Below are positions 13,085-27,496 of a stretch of DNA of 64,000 bases, piece by piece (within the stretch, counting starts at the first letter, position 1; every line of letters starts with the position of its first letter). Source of the stretch: Octopus vulgaris (Eukaryota). Location of the stretch: the NCBI GenBank assembly GCA_951406725.2, contig OX597814.1, forward strand, positions 50,530,001 to 50,594,000. The letters are read 5' to 3'. The translations under genes and the position numbers were made by a program. Below the pieces are notes generated by a model, which was not told the DNA's origin, ran no database searches, and saw only the letters and a list, made by a program, of their open reading frames with translations.

Positions 13085-13544
13085 GTGTATATACATACAT
13101 ACATACAGATATGACAAAAGAAGGGAAATGCACACAATTTATATATTTTTAATATATTCCGAAGGATAGAATATTATGATAGTCTACCGGTGTCACGTTT
13201 CACTAATCATGACGTTGAAATTGGTGAAAATGTTGCAATTTCGTATTATCTTAAGGAGTTTCTAGTCCAGGTTGCTTGTATGAGAATTTGTTTTGAAATG
13301 AACTAGCATGTAGAAAAATCTAAGAGGACGTAATTGGGGATTGTTATCGCTTGAAACATGGGAGATAACTGCACTTTTTGTGGTAGGGTGCACTTTTGGG
13401 GATGGTAAATTTATAGTATCTATATTACGAAGCTATCAGCTCATGAGTTAAGGTAGTGAAATAAAATATGTGCAAAGTTGGTTATGCGTTCATGAATTAA
13501 AATATTTACAAAATCCGAAATTTGTTATGCGTTCATATTCAGGT

Positions 13545-15480
13545 TCGGTTTGTATTTTCCAATAAATATATTTTCTTTTTTTAATGGTTCTTGTATAGAG
13601 ATTGCTTCTTTGCACTGGTAGATGGAGACAACCGTGAAGTTTGGCTGGAGATTTCCTACACATCAAGGTGTTTGCTCAATGTTATCTGTCTATACCATAG
13701 AAAACGGATCTATTCCTTATACAGTGTAGTTTTCCGTCTAAATGACATCCTTGTTTGGCTTATATAGATGTGCCCATAACATAAAAAATCACTCATTAAT
13801 TAAATTTTCAGACGCACAAGTGAAATTAGTCTTAATTGTGAATCTCCGACCTTGTTTGAAGTGGAATTCTGAACCTTCCAACAAGTTGGAGTATGTTCCA
13901 CCATTTGAAGGTACGCATTTTTTAATTATTGGTTTTGTTGTTGTTGGGTATAGCTTCGTATTTGTCAGTATTCTCTTTAGTGATTTCGGTTGTTTCTTTT
14001 TTTACATTTGATGAATTCGTGTGCTTGTAGAATGTGGTTCATCTTTGGATCCCTTCTTTGGGAGATTTTGAATAATGGTGTTGAATACCTCATTGTTTCT
14101 AGGGTTGTGTATCGATATATAGTGTAGTATTTGTCGATGAGTTTTGGGGCTTCGTTTGGTTTCTTTTAGTGCTTTGATATCTAATTCCTTGGCACGTTCA
14201 GTCTCATCATCTGTTTCTCGGTTAGAGTGATTCTGAGGTTTTGAAGTCGAAGGTCCTGAGCATTTGCATCAGACACTATTGTGCAAATCCTTTCCACTAA
14301 ATTAAAAGGAATATTTCTTTTGATGTGTTTCGGATGGCATGAACTAAACAGAAGATATTAATTCGAGTTCGTTGGTTTATAATACATATCAGTTTCAATT
14401 TGATTGATGACTTATTTTATCAGAATATCAAGGAAGGGGAGTTGCTCTTCGCTGTACTCCACTGTAAACTGAATATTCGGATTTATACTATTTAGTAGTG
14501 ATTTATATACAAAAAGTTTATCAATACTCTTATTCCAAATGATAAAGCTGTCATCCAGATATCTTTTCCAGCTCTGTCTTATATAATGGTAGAATGGGTA
14601 TCTATATTTTTGTAGGGATACTTCCTATATGGGTAACTCTATATATCCCATTAATAGATTTGCAAGAACTAGTCGGTAGTGGATGTTCTCTAAAGGCGGC
14701 GAGCTGGCAGAAACGTTAGCACGCCGGGCGAAATGCTTAGCGGTATTTCGTCTGCGTTACGTTGTGAGTTCAAATTCCGCCGAGGTCGACTTTGCCTTTC
14801 ATCCTTTCGGGGTTGATAAATTAAGTACCAGTTACGCACTGGGGTCGATGTAATCGACTTAATACCTATGTCTGTCCTTGTTTGTCCCCTCTGTGTTTAG
14901 CCCCTTGTGGGTAATAAAGAAATAGGTAGTGGATGTTCTCAAACTGAAAGTAATTGTTCTGGAGGATAAATTTTAAAGCGTCGATAATACCTGTTTCATG
15001 CGCTCTGGAAGTTCTTCGGAATAATTTTCCAGCCAGAATTTCCCTGCTTCTGTTCCTTAGTTGTGTGGAATATCGGTGTATAGATTCACAACATGCTTTT
15101 GGTTGGTAGCTTAGCATATTTAGATCGTCTCTAAAGAATTTTTTGATATATTTCAAAATGAGTTTCAGTAGGATATCTAAAAAGTTGCCTAGGCGGTGGG
15201 TCTCTTAACGCTGGGCCAGCAGTAATGGGTCTTAACTTTAAATCTTCTGGTGCTTGGGTATTCATGTATATACCTGGTGATTGTCTGCAGGTTTCATTAA
15301 TTATCTGACTCTTGTGTATTTTAGGTAGGCCGTAGAAAAGACTAGGTTTGCATTTAAAATTTGTGATATAATCCATTTCTTTTTCGGTCAGACCTTTTCC
15401 GTGTGAATGAATTAAGGATGCAAGATCTTTTATTGGTTTTTGTTGTTTGTAGCTTTCAACTTTTTAGTCGAAGATATCGT
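13545..15480 (-). mobile_element. Penelope-like element RT + GIY-YIG pseudogene
   Basis: FYGLPKIHK...LRPI, NNYFQFEN, WKRYLDDSFI, LPFLDIL, SSCHPKH, then FTCASENLI...YISQT; many stops and frameshifts. Confidence 0.9.
14691..14924 (+). mobile_element. SINE family A (tail 1) inserted in the PLE RT, 16-bp TSD
   Basis: TSD GGTAGTGGATGTTCTC at 14675-14690 and 14925-14940. Confidence 0.95.
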
Positions 15481-16149
15481 TTTCTAACACGGACAATATA
15501 TGTGTGGGGTGGAGAAGTATTTCTGTTTATCTTAGCATGAAAAACTATCAACAACCGTAAAACTGCAATGTTCATTTGAGAAAGCGTCTCGTTTAGTCGT
15601 GTGGCGCTAAAAGACACGGAAGTGTATCATGGCAGACCAAAAGATCCCAACAGCAGTGATGGAATTATCAAATCAGGATTTCTGTCGTTCTGCACGCCAT
15701 CAGTACCAAGTATCCACTATCAGCAGCTTAGACAAGTTTCACTATAAAGTACGATATAAAAAATGTAATTCTAAAACAATATTTCTGTCGTAAATAATTT
15801 CCCAGCCACTGTGATTTTAAAGATTTTTTTTGGGGTGGGGTTATTCTATATCAGTAGAAGTAAATTTGTCTAAGCATACAGTTGTTATTGATGATGTGCA
15901 AAGACCTAGAAATTCTGATCTAGCAACTCCACCACCGCTGCTGAGCGCTTTTTATCTACAACTGATACACTTCTGTGCTTTTTATCACTATACGTCTATC
16001 CGAGAAGCTTTCTTGAAACGAAACTAATGTGTTATGGCTTTCAATAATATATCCACCTCAAGTAACATATATAAAATGGCATTTTCAAAGAATACTGCTT
16101 CTGTCGCTAATAGCGAATGTGTGCTTGTGTGTGAGTATTTGTATGTATG

Positions 16150-16183
<34 letters not shown>

Positions 16184-16249
16184 TGTATGTATATAAGTGT
16201 GTGTATATGTATGTATTTATGTATGTATGTATGTTTTTATGTATGTTTG

Positions 16250-16292
<43 letters not shown>

Positions 16293-16311
16293 GGATACAT
16301 ATATTTTATAT

Positions 16312-16438
16312 GTTCCCAACCACATGGTTGCAGGTTTAGTCTCATTGCATGGCCCCTTGGTTGTAGCTACTGTAGCCTCGGCCCAACCCAAGCTTTGCGA
16401 GTGGATTTAGTGGACGGAAACTGAAAAGAATCTCGTCG

Positions 16439-16440
<2 letters not shown>
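16312..16440 (+). mobile_element. SINE family B, 5' module fragment
   Basis: Similar to reverse complement of 41055-41219 (CCCAACCACATGG...TAGCCTCGG...GACGGAAACTGAAA). Confidence 0.7.
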
Positions 16441-16469
<29 letters not shown>

Positions 16470-16495
16470 AAATTAGCAATAGGATATCCAGAGGT

Positions 16496-16584
16496 GATGC
16501 AGTACGACCGTTTCAAGTACCTCCATTTAATTGAATAATGCAATCATTATATCCATTTAAATGCAGGGCTATCCTCAGCTGCAT
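16496..16584 (-). ncRNA. Type I hammerhead ribozyme motif (left arm)
   Basis: ATGCAG-CTGAGGA-long stem II-GAAAC-GGTC-GTA-CTGCAT. Confidence 0.7.
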
Positions 16585-16596
16585 AAATAAATAATA

Positions 16597-16686
16597 GATG
16601 CAGCTGAGGATAGCTCTGCATTTAAACTGATATAATGATTGCATTGTTCAATTAAATGGAGCCGCTTGAAACGGTCCTACTGCATC
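16597..16686 (+). ncRNA. Type I hammerhead ribozyme motif (right arm)
   Basis: GATGCAG-CTGAGGA-long stem II-GAAAC-GGTC-CTA-CTGCATC; one stem III mismatch relative to the left arm. Confidence 0.6.
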
Positions 16687-16949
16687 ACCTCTGGATATCC
16701 TGTTGCTTATTTTGATTTTATTCACCTTATTTTGAAGTTGTACGGTTAATACGGTACTCATTTTTACTGCTTCAACTTAAGTACCTAATTCATCTGAATT
16801 ATATATATACATACATACATACATACATACATACATACATACATACATACATACATACATACATACATACATGCATACATATTATCTGTCCGAACGTTTT
16901 AATGCCCTCTATTCCGTTTTTGTTCCATTTATATATTGGATATTAAAGT

Positions 16950-17052
16950 AGTTTGTCTGTTATCCAAGGAATGTGCTGTGTACAAAACCGTTGCAGAAAG
17001 TCTAACGTAATTTACAAATGCACCATCCTCAATACGCTACATAATTCTACAA

Positions 17053-17109
<57 letters not shown>

Positions 17110-17390
17110 CAACCATAAACTTTAAACATACATACTCTGCACATCTCAATTCTTTTAGATATGAGAAAGGCAGTAAATTCACAACCCCCACCGGTCACAT
17201 ACATCATCTTGAAAATAGGAATATTCTATAACTTATCATGGTCCATAATAGACTCATGGCTTCCATACCAGGGCTAACACTCAGCCTGCAAGCTATGCTT
17301 GAAAGAGGTATTCCATATATTAAAATATAGTTCTTCACTATTACTAAATAAGTATAATGAGGTACATGCAACCACCACTTTTTTATACCT
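16950..17390 (+). mobile_element. PLE GIY-YIG endonuclease remnant
   Basis: CRKSNVIYKCTI...[(TA)n]YIGSTINFKHTYSAHLNSFRYEK...TT..GHIHHL. Confidence 0.75.
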
Positions 17391-17419
17391 TCAAATTTTA
17401 CCACAGATCTAACTGCAAC

Positions 17420-17487
<68 letters not shown>

Positions 17488-17489
<2 letters not shown>

Positions 17490-18185
17490 GATGGAACCTC
17501 GTTCAACATACCAGAAAGACATAACGCCACAACCTTAGCCAAGCACATGTGGGCTTTGAAAGAAAGCGCTACGGAGTACAGCATAAAGTAGTTCCTCGAA
17601 AAATGCAAACCATGTTTCAGTAGCAGCAGAAAGTGCAGATTATGCCTGGCTGAAAAGAGAGGAATCTTAAAAGGTATCCAACGCCCGGATGTCAACCTGA
17701 ATAGCAAGAGTGAGGTGTTTAATCCTTGCCCGCACTTTATCCTTTACAGAGAGAAAACAGACCAACAAACCCAGCCATATATACCTACACACCCAAAAAA
17801 CATTATGTATATGACACCACTACACATATCACACACCCGACCCCACAGGAACACCACATTAATAATACAAGACTTTTCCACTTCAAGATAACTCTTGCCG
17901 GCTTCACACCATATCCAACCGAGGGGCATAACTTCTAACCTAATCACCTGGTTCCTTTTTCATTTTGCCAACTTTTTCCACAGCAGCAGCTGACCGGTTG
18001 TGCAAATCCACCTCCGATAATTGAGAGCAGTCTCCACATTCCCTTCAATATCGACTAACTCTGATGAGCGTAAAGTTATATAATCGAATTGTTACCAAAG
18101 ACCCCATTGTATTCTTTACGTGAAACCGATTGGTAAGATCAGTGGTAATGAATATTTATTACTATACTTTTCGGATAAATATACA
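17488..18185 (+). mobile_element. Second PLE 3' fragment (endonuclease C-terminus plus pLTR)
   Basis: ATTLAKHMWALKE...IK*FLEKCKP...RKCRLCLAEK...LNSKSEVFNPCPH followed by an HHR motif; flanked by (TA)n and (TACA)n. Confidence 0.8.
18053..18143 (+). ncRNA. Type I hammerhead ribozyme motif in PLE pLTR
   Basis: CTGATGA-GCGTAAAG...CTTTACGT-GAAACC-GATT-GGT-A; stem I partly degenerate (ACTAACT/AGATCAGT). Confidence 0.75.
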
Positions 18186-18201
18186 TACATACATACATAC
18201 A

Positions 18202-18236
<35 letters not shown>

Positions 18237-18249
18237 GTATGTATGTGTG

Positions 18250-18445
18250 TGTGTCTCACCGCCTCATGACAATTGATATCGGTTTGTTTACGTCCCCGTA
18301 AGTCAGCGGTTCGACAATAAGATACAGATAGTATAAGTACCAGGCTTTAAAAAATAAGTACTGGGGTCGATTCATTCGAATAAAAGTTCTTTAAAGCAGT
18401 ATCCCAGCACGGCCGCAGTCTAATGGCTGAAAAAGTTAAAAAATA
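18250..18445 (+). mobile_element. SINE family B, 3' module
   Basis: GTTTACGTCCCCGTAA...GCGGTTCG...CCCAGCACGGCCGCAGTCTAATGGCTGAAA. Confidence 0.75.
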
Positions 18446-18467
18446 AAAAAAAGATATATAAATATAA

Positions 18468-18502
<35 letters not shown>

Positions 18503-18606
18503 TGTATGTATGTATGTATGTCATCGAGCAATACTTTAGTGGACGGAAACTGAAAAGAAGCCCTTCGTATATACATATATATATACGACGGAACCCGCTT
18601 TAATAA

Positions 18607-18759
<153 letters not shown>

Positions 18760-18760
<1 letters not shown>

Positions 18761-19296
18761 AGTGAGAGAACAGTGCATGCCATCAAAGTGACACTGGGGT
18801 AAAATATACTAAACCCAGTATACTCATCATGACTCCCCATCTGATAAGGGTACACCAGCCACATGCATCACAACCATGTGTGCGACATGGTGATCTCATT
18901 TCAAGATAAACAGCGCATGACCTTGCAGGTTGGCCCCAGTTAGAATTTTCTTCGGGTTGGGTAGCCTATCCTGCTGAAAAGGTCACTGAATAAGGGTTGT
19001 TTAAGGATGTTGAACAAAACACCCATGTTTCCAAAGGTAAATTATCCAAACCCCGAAGAATTTCTCTCAATTCATGGCTATGATACTCCCCCAGTACTTC
19101 TGGTCGTGATCAGCCACTAAGGGAGATGCCGAACTGGTTACGGTCAAGCAACTGACAAGCAAATCTGTGGTATGGAGCAGGATATTTGCTGTATCTCATA
19201 TTCTATACCAAGACAAAACAATGTACATGATAACACTTCCAATCAGTTAAGATCAGAAGCCACGAGAACCACTGCCTGGTACTGAATCAGGGCGTT

Positions 19297-19297
<1 letters not shown>
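18760..19297 (-). mobile_element. ~550-bp non-coding interspersed element embedded in (TAA)n; second copy at 29938-30490
   Basis: Two copies align end to end with the same boundaries; both flanked by ATT/TAT repeats; strand inferred. Confidence 0.8.
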
Positions 19298-19855
<558 letters not shown>

Positions 19856-20514
19856 TTATTGTTGTTGTTGTTGTGGTGCTAGTTGATCTGGAGTTTCAAT
19901 AGAATACAGTTACGCAAATTCCTGCACAGCAGGAATGAACCCTGAACCACGAGGATGTGAAGCATACTCTTTAACCACAACTCCAAATCTCTGAAATTTG
20001 AAGAGTTAAAAAGCTGCAAGCATGCTCGCAAATCATAACGTATTACTTCGCTTTTTCCACAAGATCGTTTCTCTTTACAGAAAAGAAGGCACAGTTATTC
20101 CCCAATCCAGTAATGAGCAACACTTTCAAGATGTAATGGAAATCAGTATCATTGTTCTGAACATCAGTAGTCTTCGACTTATGGTTGACGTTTAAAATCG
20201 TCTCAAAATATCGCTCAGAAGCTTTTTTTTTTTTTTAGATATTTCTCTGCTGTAAGGAAGAGGAAAGTTTCGAAAATGGCTATTACAGATAGAAGATTCT
20301 ATATGTGTTGCTCACCTCATGAATCAGATGTTTCTTGTTGGTCCGCTTTGTCGCCGTGCACCCAAAATTCAATAATATATCTCACATTCATCTTTTGTAA
20401 GTCAATGATTTTTGTACGATCCTTTGTAGATGATACCACTCTTTACTTCTGCATCTTTCAAACACATACGCACAGGCGGTATCCTCATTCATGATAGGCT
20501 TAATTACGCAAACA

Positions 20515-20559
<45 letters not shown>

Positions 20560-20609
20560 GGTGATTTTTTTCCTCCGTCTTTCCTTCCTTGGATCTTTCC
20601 TTTTCCTAT

Positions 20610-20644
20610 GTTTCTGACGAAGAGCTCCGCTCGAAACGTTAAGT
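20610..20644 (+). ncRNA. Minimal type I HHR motif, copy 1
   Basis: CTGACGA core at 20614, stem II GAGC/GCTC, GAAA, palindromic ACGT stem III. Confidence 0.7.
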
Positions 20645-20833
20645 CCACCTTCTTTCTTCCCTTTCTTGAGCATCCAATAACACTATACTTGTTCCACGTC
20701 CTCGCGTTGTTGTTTTCTCTTTGTGTTTTCATGCTTGGATTAACTGAATATATATATGTGTGTGTGACCGCGTGTGTACCGTTGGAGATTTTTTTCCTCT
20801 GTCTTCCCTTCTCTGGATCTTTTCTTCTCCTAT

Positions 20834-20868
20834 GTTTCCGACGAAGAGCTCCGCTCGAAACGTTAAAC
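20834..20868 (+). ncRNA. Minimal type I HHR motif, copy 2 (CCGACGA variant)
   Basis: Stem I GTTT/AAAC intact; U4C change in the core. Confidence 0.55.
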
Positions 20869-20963
20869 CCTCCTTCTTTCCTTCTTTCCTGAGCGTCCAA
20901 TAATACTATATTTGTTCCACGTCCTCGCGTTGTTGTGTTTTTTTTGTGCTTTCTTGTTTGGAT

Positions 20964-21098
<135 letters not shown>

Positions 21099-22008
21099 GT
21101 ATATGTATCTCTTCCTCTCTATCTCTTTTACAGAGATCTCGACAACATACTCCAATGTTAACATAACAATTTAGCCTCATTCATCATCGCGAATACAAAA
21201 CTGTTACAGATACCAAAGGAACGATCTGCCACTACATCCTCTTACTCCTGAACATCACTCTTGAAATCTCTACAACTTCCCAAAACGGAACAAACTCTGG
21301 TGCATATTTCATCGAGTCTGCACCGCTATAACGTCACCAGTATTGTAAAACAAAGTATGTTTTGTACCATTTTAGGAAGAGGAAATATTTAAGTTTTCTC
21401 CAGATAATGATCTTTGATAAAACTCAAACTTCTACCCACATTGGAATATTACTTTCATGTCTAAGCCTTAGCAGCTGTTACAGACAAGCACATCAAAGTA
21501 GATCACTTTTAAAAAATCTGACGAGTGGTACTTACCATTACACTACAAGAACTGGCTCGTAGATGCGTTCATTTGCTCTCTGCTGTTTCTCCTACAGCTA
21601 CAACCATTTCTGCTTCTTTGAACTAGAAAGCAGCGAACCTTTTGCACCTTGGCCCACATGAGGAATCTAGACCTCCCCCACTTGCCTCCTTTTCTAGTCA
21701 ACTCTACTGCATCTCACCCACCTAACCCCGGTCTAAAACAACCTCGCTCACATGTTGTATCCCCCTAACTACGGCCCTCTGAAATTCCGTCCATTCCCAA
21801 GATTTTCCCACTGGCATCGAACTACAGAAGTTCAAGCTAAATATCAAACACATCGATCTCCTCAGTCTGGGAGGAACTGCAAAGGTCATGCTGTTGCACG
21901 TCCCTCTCCGACGAAATATTTGTTTAATGTGCTTGTATCTAGTCGCTTGTGTGTATATATATCTGTGGATATATGTATGGATACACACACACACATAAAC
22001 ATCGTCAA

Positions 22009-22105
<97 letters not shown>

Positions 22106-22108
22106 GTA

Positions 22109-22144
<36 letters not shown>

Positions 22145-22978
22145 TGTATGTGCATGTTTATATATATGTGTGTATGTGTATATGTGTGTATGCGTGCGTA
22201 TGTGTGTGTGGCTGTATGTACATACATATATATATATATATATACATACACACACACATATACACGCACTGTATATAGATCTTTATACACATTAGTAAAT
22301 ATAATTGTATATATATACATAGTGTGTATATACGTGTAATGTTTTAAGAGAATTTATTTCTACTGTTGTTGTTGTTTTTGCGATTTTTGTTGTTGCAGAT
22401 GCTGATTTTATATTTTACTTTTTTTTCTTTTATTACTTTTTTTTGTCTGTTCAGTTGCCCCAATCTGAGCTGCTTGCGTAGATCTGTCTACGGAATATGT
22501 GGTAATTCGCCAAGCAGACATGTTTTTAAGGGGACATAAAAGAAAGAAACAGTGATCGTATACAGAGTAAGCTTACCCAAACTGATGACATCGATACGGC
22601 TGGTATTCAGTTTCAATGTTTGTATGCTGATGTCTACAATAAAAAAATAGGTAGGGTTGGAATTCCAGAAGGTTGCATTTCTGAGAAAAAGATGGGACAA
22701 AGTGTTTAGTTCTGGTACAGTGGCTGGCAGGTGAGAAAAACATAACTGTGATGGGTGGAGGTGAGATGTGTGTGTATGATAAATGGGGGCTCAGAGAGGT
22801 AAGAGGATGCTGTAACATCGGTAGTTAAGAAACCTTCTTTATTCAGTTCATTATATAATGGAATCATGTGATTAAGCCATTGTCTGTATAATATGTGGGC
22901 TTTATAATGTTGGTGATTTTGCCGACCAATCAATCAGATAATCTTCTTTTGTGTGTTTTCTTCAGTGTACTTGCATCA

Positions 22979-23016
<38 letters not shown>

Positions 23017-25084
23017 TTTAGCAATAGGATTATCTTAGCTCTGAGTATAGTACCCTATTTTGAGTTACATTTGCTGTTTTAGATAGTCATCAACCGATCA
23101 AATTTTAAATATTTTCATAGACATTTACAAGCTTTTTTTAACAGCAGCACTGTTTCAAATATATGATGAATACTGCATTTATAAGTCACATTTGAATTTT
23201 GTAAAAGATTCACCGACTCGTCCAACCAGATCATCAGATTTCAGATATTTTCTGGGACCGAAGAAGATTGTAATATCTATCATATTTAGCGACATTGAAT
23301 GTTTCAATTTTTTGTTGTTTATGAATAGGGTGATCTCCCAGACATTATTTGATGTCTGCAGTGATTGTCTTTGTACTGTTTAAAGTGACTTAGTTATTAA
23401 CCCCATTCAAGGATGTTGTCAAGGGTTTGTTCATGGAGGCAACTTCTGTCTCGTGTGAGGAGTTTAGTTTGTTTGTCTTCATGTCAACTCTACTCAGGCA
23501 GATCAAAGTCATTCTAATCCTGACCATTCTATCTTTTATGTATGTACATCGAAACTAAGGCAGCCTTATGATAGGATTTGATTTTGTGGGGATTTAGTAG
23601 TTGTTATTTCTAGCTGGTCGAGGAATCACATAAAGTCGCCTTCGTTGGCTCAAGATATCTCGCTTGCCAGTGGATGTCGCCTTTGTACTGAGGGTTACGA
23701 AGGAGGGGAAAATAACATCATCTGCGTTGAACAGTGAGTCGCTAAGAAGTGATAGAATGCACATAAGAAAGATGTGACATACTTTAGAGCATGTCAGTGT
23801 TGTGAGAGTACGGGTTGGTGAGGCCCTCGTCAGCAGGTAGTCTAATAGTTTCCACTGACAGGAAGGTGATTAATGACAGATGAGCAGCATTCGGGAATAA
23901 CTTGATGTTCTCATGTTGAACACAGTCGAAGTTCTCGAAGGTCAGAGACAAAAGATATTATCCGAGGATTTAGGCTATAAAAATTTTGTTTCTAAACGGT
24001 AAATATTTTGTTGAGCATTTGTGAAACATTTCTTGTGAAAACAATTTTCTACAACAGGCAGTGTTTGAAAAGGGATCGTCCGATAATACGGACAACCCCT
24101 AACAGACAATTTAGCATATATCATAAATTTTCAATACATTTCATCATCTTATCTCGAAACACAAGTCTCCATAATTTTAGGTGCAACCATGTAAGCTTAT
24201 TACTAACCAGAAATTTTATGTCCCGTAAAAATTAACCATCTTTCCATTGGAAGGGAATCGATCGTTCCCATACAGAAGTCATACATCGAAAATGTCTAAA
24301 AGAATACTGAGGTTTATAAGCCGTAAGTGCAACTTCTATTCCCGTTGTTATATTGCATCTTTCTGTAATTTTCTGGCTGTTGCATCAAACTTTATCTATT
24401 TTTATCACATCTAATTTGTAAACTGTTATAGATTTCTAACTGATCAATAAATATTTCACTATATTGTTAGAGAGAGTAACACGGAAGTGCATGTGATCCG
24501 GTGCCTTTTACTAAAAAAAAACGGGATTTTGTCGTTGTTTGTATCTTATAACTAACTATATACATTAGTGAAAGGTAAAAACTTACAATTTTTTAACATA
24601 TATATTCGAAGTTTCTTCACAATTTGGTCATATAGTTGAAAACTTTTGTCGCTTAAGAGTAGAATGTAAAGATAAAGCAAATATAATTACCCCTATTTAA
24701 CTGCAGTATCTTCTTTAATCGTAAATTTCCGTGTATGTGTGTGTTTGAGCGTATGTATGAGGGTGTATGTGCATGTGCGAGTTTGTGTGTATGTGTGCGT
24801 GCGCGCGCGCGCGTGTGTGTGTGTGAGTGCGTGCCTGTGAGTGAGTGTTCAAAGGTCGCAGGAAACATTACCTTTTCAAACACCGCCTGTTATAGCAAAT
24901 TGTTTCAGAAGCAATGCTCTACGCACAAGGGACCCTGAGATACTATTACACATATTTACTCTGTGTGTTCTTTTGACTTTTGTTGAGACCTGAAATAATA
25001 CATAATTATTTGGAATTATTTGTTGAACACCTTCAGCTCGGACAATGTACTCTGATGAGTTCTTGGGAGTTTTATTCACACACA

Positions 25085-25275
25085 CACACACACACACATA
25101 AATGACGGACTTTTTCGCTCAGCATTGTTACCTCATATCAAGTTTTACTTAGAACGTATTGGTCAACTACAGGCTATAATAAAAGAAATATGCTTAAAGT
25201 GTTATGCTGTGAGATCGAACTTGAAATCACGCCGTTTCGAAATGGATTTCTAAACCATATATCCACGCCTGTGCC
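25085..25275 (-). mobile_element. Diverged SINE family B 5' module
   Basis: Degenerate similarity to 41055-41219 (...TCCACGCCTGTGCC end). Confidence 0.55.
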
Positions 25276-27496
25276 CATTTAGAACTGATAAAAGAGATTG
25301 TTGTGTGGAATTTATCTATAAACCAGGCAGTTTGGCGTAGAGTTTAAATATACACTAGGGAATAGGGAATGTTGATTAAACTTCAGTTATATGATGGATT
25401 GAATAAAAATATGGTGGGATTTTAGTCATAGTTTGGATAAAAATAAACGCTGATATAGAACTCAGTGATACATTTGGGAGAACATTGCATTGCCTGCTGT
25501 AGTGGAAAGTGAGGTTTGTGCATACACAAGAGAGAAAGGAAATACGCCGAGAGAATAGAGCGAAGTTATTCATAGTTTAAATAGAGACAAAATAGCTCTT
25601 TAGGGATTTTAGAACTTATTAAATCAGAACTATACAAAAAGAAAACATAATTATATTGGAAGTAATTACAGAGCAGCATTTTGCAAATATTTCGTTGAGC
25701 TGATTTCTGATTATTTCCATAAGTCAGGAAAGGTGGCGCAGTGTTAGTCTATGCAATTAGTCTATGCAATAGACCACAACACATTGTTTCTTATCTATTT
25801 TTTTTCCATTCACTCTTCGTTTGACCAGTATTCTCAATGTTTCATTCTTTTCTATCTTCTCGGTCTTTTTCTTTTTCTTTTTTCCTTCGTCCACTTTTCA
25901 GTTTGTGGGAAACCATAGAATTTATCCTGGCGTGCTGTAAGAACTCTAAAATATAATGTGGTATCTTTAGCTTTTACTTGTTCCAGTCATTGAACTTCAG
26001 CCATGCCGGAGCACAACCTTAAGATATTTAGTCGAATAAATCGATCCTAGTATTTAGTTTTCATGTGTGGTACATATTCTATAGGCCTCATACCTCAGAC
26101 TTCTACAATTGCCGTCTACCAAATTATCTAACATTATCATAATTCTTTCTAACATTAACTGCCTTAAAATTATCGCCAGTATAATCTACTGGCTGTTTTT
26201 CTTCGATAGAATTCCCAGAGCGTCGAACAAAATCTCTCAAAGTATTTCTTTTCAAACGTTTATGTTCTGTTTTCTAATCCTACAGATATCGATTTTTCTT
26301 GCTATTCTTCCGCGGTCGATGCAATAAGTGCAAACTAAATATTTAGTTTGATATAACTGACTCCAGGATTGCTCCAGATATTATGGCCAAGTATTAATGA
26401 TGTCTATTTTTATAATAAAAGCACTGTTTAATGACTCGTGGTAAACCGTCGGAGAAGTGAGACAGTCGATTCCTAGTTAGAGATGCCTAGCTTCTATCTA
26501 TCTTAGGTACTTGTGAAATCTTACAGAGGTGACTAGGCCACTGAGTGAATCACTATGTTGTCCTTCAACTACCCAAGAATAACTGAAATCTTTCTCTTGT
26601 TACACCCTACCCACTGGTGACTCACAGCCATGGCTGGAACACCTTTAATCATTGGTCTCTTTGTCCACAGCTGACCCGGAGCTAAACTCTAAGATCAAAT
26701 TACAAAGATGAGTTAAATGAAGGCGGAGATTTTGGCAGATACATTTTCATTCCAGAGTAAAACTTTTGTACTTGATTATATAAAAGCCATACGGGCATAT
26801 TAGACACAATCTAATTTCAGTAGCGAATTATCGGGGCACGGGGTGAAAGGTCAGTCAGGGACAACATTAGCATATCGGGTGGCCCAACGTCGCATATAGG
26901 AGTCTGTGTGATTTCTTGAGACATCGTTTTTGGTAAAATAGGTCTTATATGCCATAAAACATGGTAATGCCAGTACCAACAGAGACGAGGAGGGAGTTTT
27001 TGTGTTTTGTCCTGACATGCTAGCAATGACAGTTAAATTTCCCCCAAATCATATTTCATTATTATCGAGTAGCAGACGACCACAACCTTCTGCCCATTAT
27101 AACTTTAATATCCAGTTGGGTCCCATGGTCGGTTGATTGAACCCTAACTATCGGTGGCATTTGAATCCCTTGAAACAATTTGAACGTAAAACGTCGAGAG
27201 CCGGAATAGATGATGGAAAGGCATCACATTCGACGCTCTAAAATTCCACATATACACAAGTCCTGGTCCGATACTCTAATTATCGGTCCGAAAATATGGA
27301 ATCCCAAGTTAACCTCGGCAGAATTTCAACTAGAAGCACTGAGAGTCAAAGAAAATTTGGCGTGTGATCCCGTGTAGTCCTAAAAAGAGGGGATGGTCAC
27401 GGCTGGAATACTTTTGAACATAAGGTTATGCGATTGTGGCTAATCAAGACTAAACAACAACTAGTACAATAGTTTTACTACAGCGAGCCTCTAAAG

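Larger units (their letters stand above)
16467..16715. repeat. Long palindrome (~118-bp arms, 13-bp spacer), each arm holding a complete HHR motif
   Basis: Arms 16467-16584 and 16598-16715 are reverse complements with a few mismatches. Confidence 0.92.

Noticed and set aside
13180-13262. Possible HHR at the 3' side of the minus-strand PLE
   Set aside because: Core reads CTTAAGA and stems I/III are unconvincing; at best a dead relic
20310-20460. Minus-strand exon with GAG|GTGAGC donor
   Set aside because: In-frame stops; better explained as plus-strand RT remnant (FVDDTTL)
25052-25080. CTGATGA core (also 4528, 42189, 56912(-), 23232(-))
   Set aside because: No properly placed stem II-GAAA-UH and stem I
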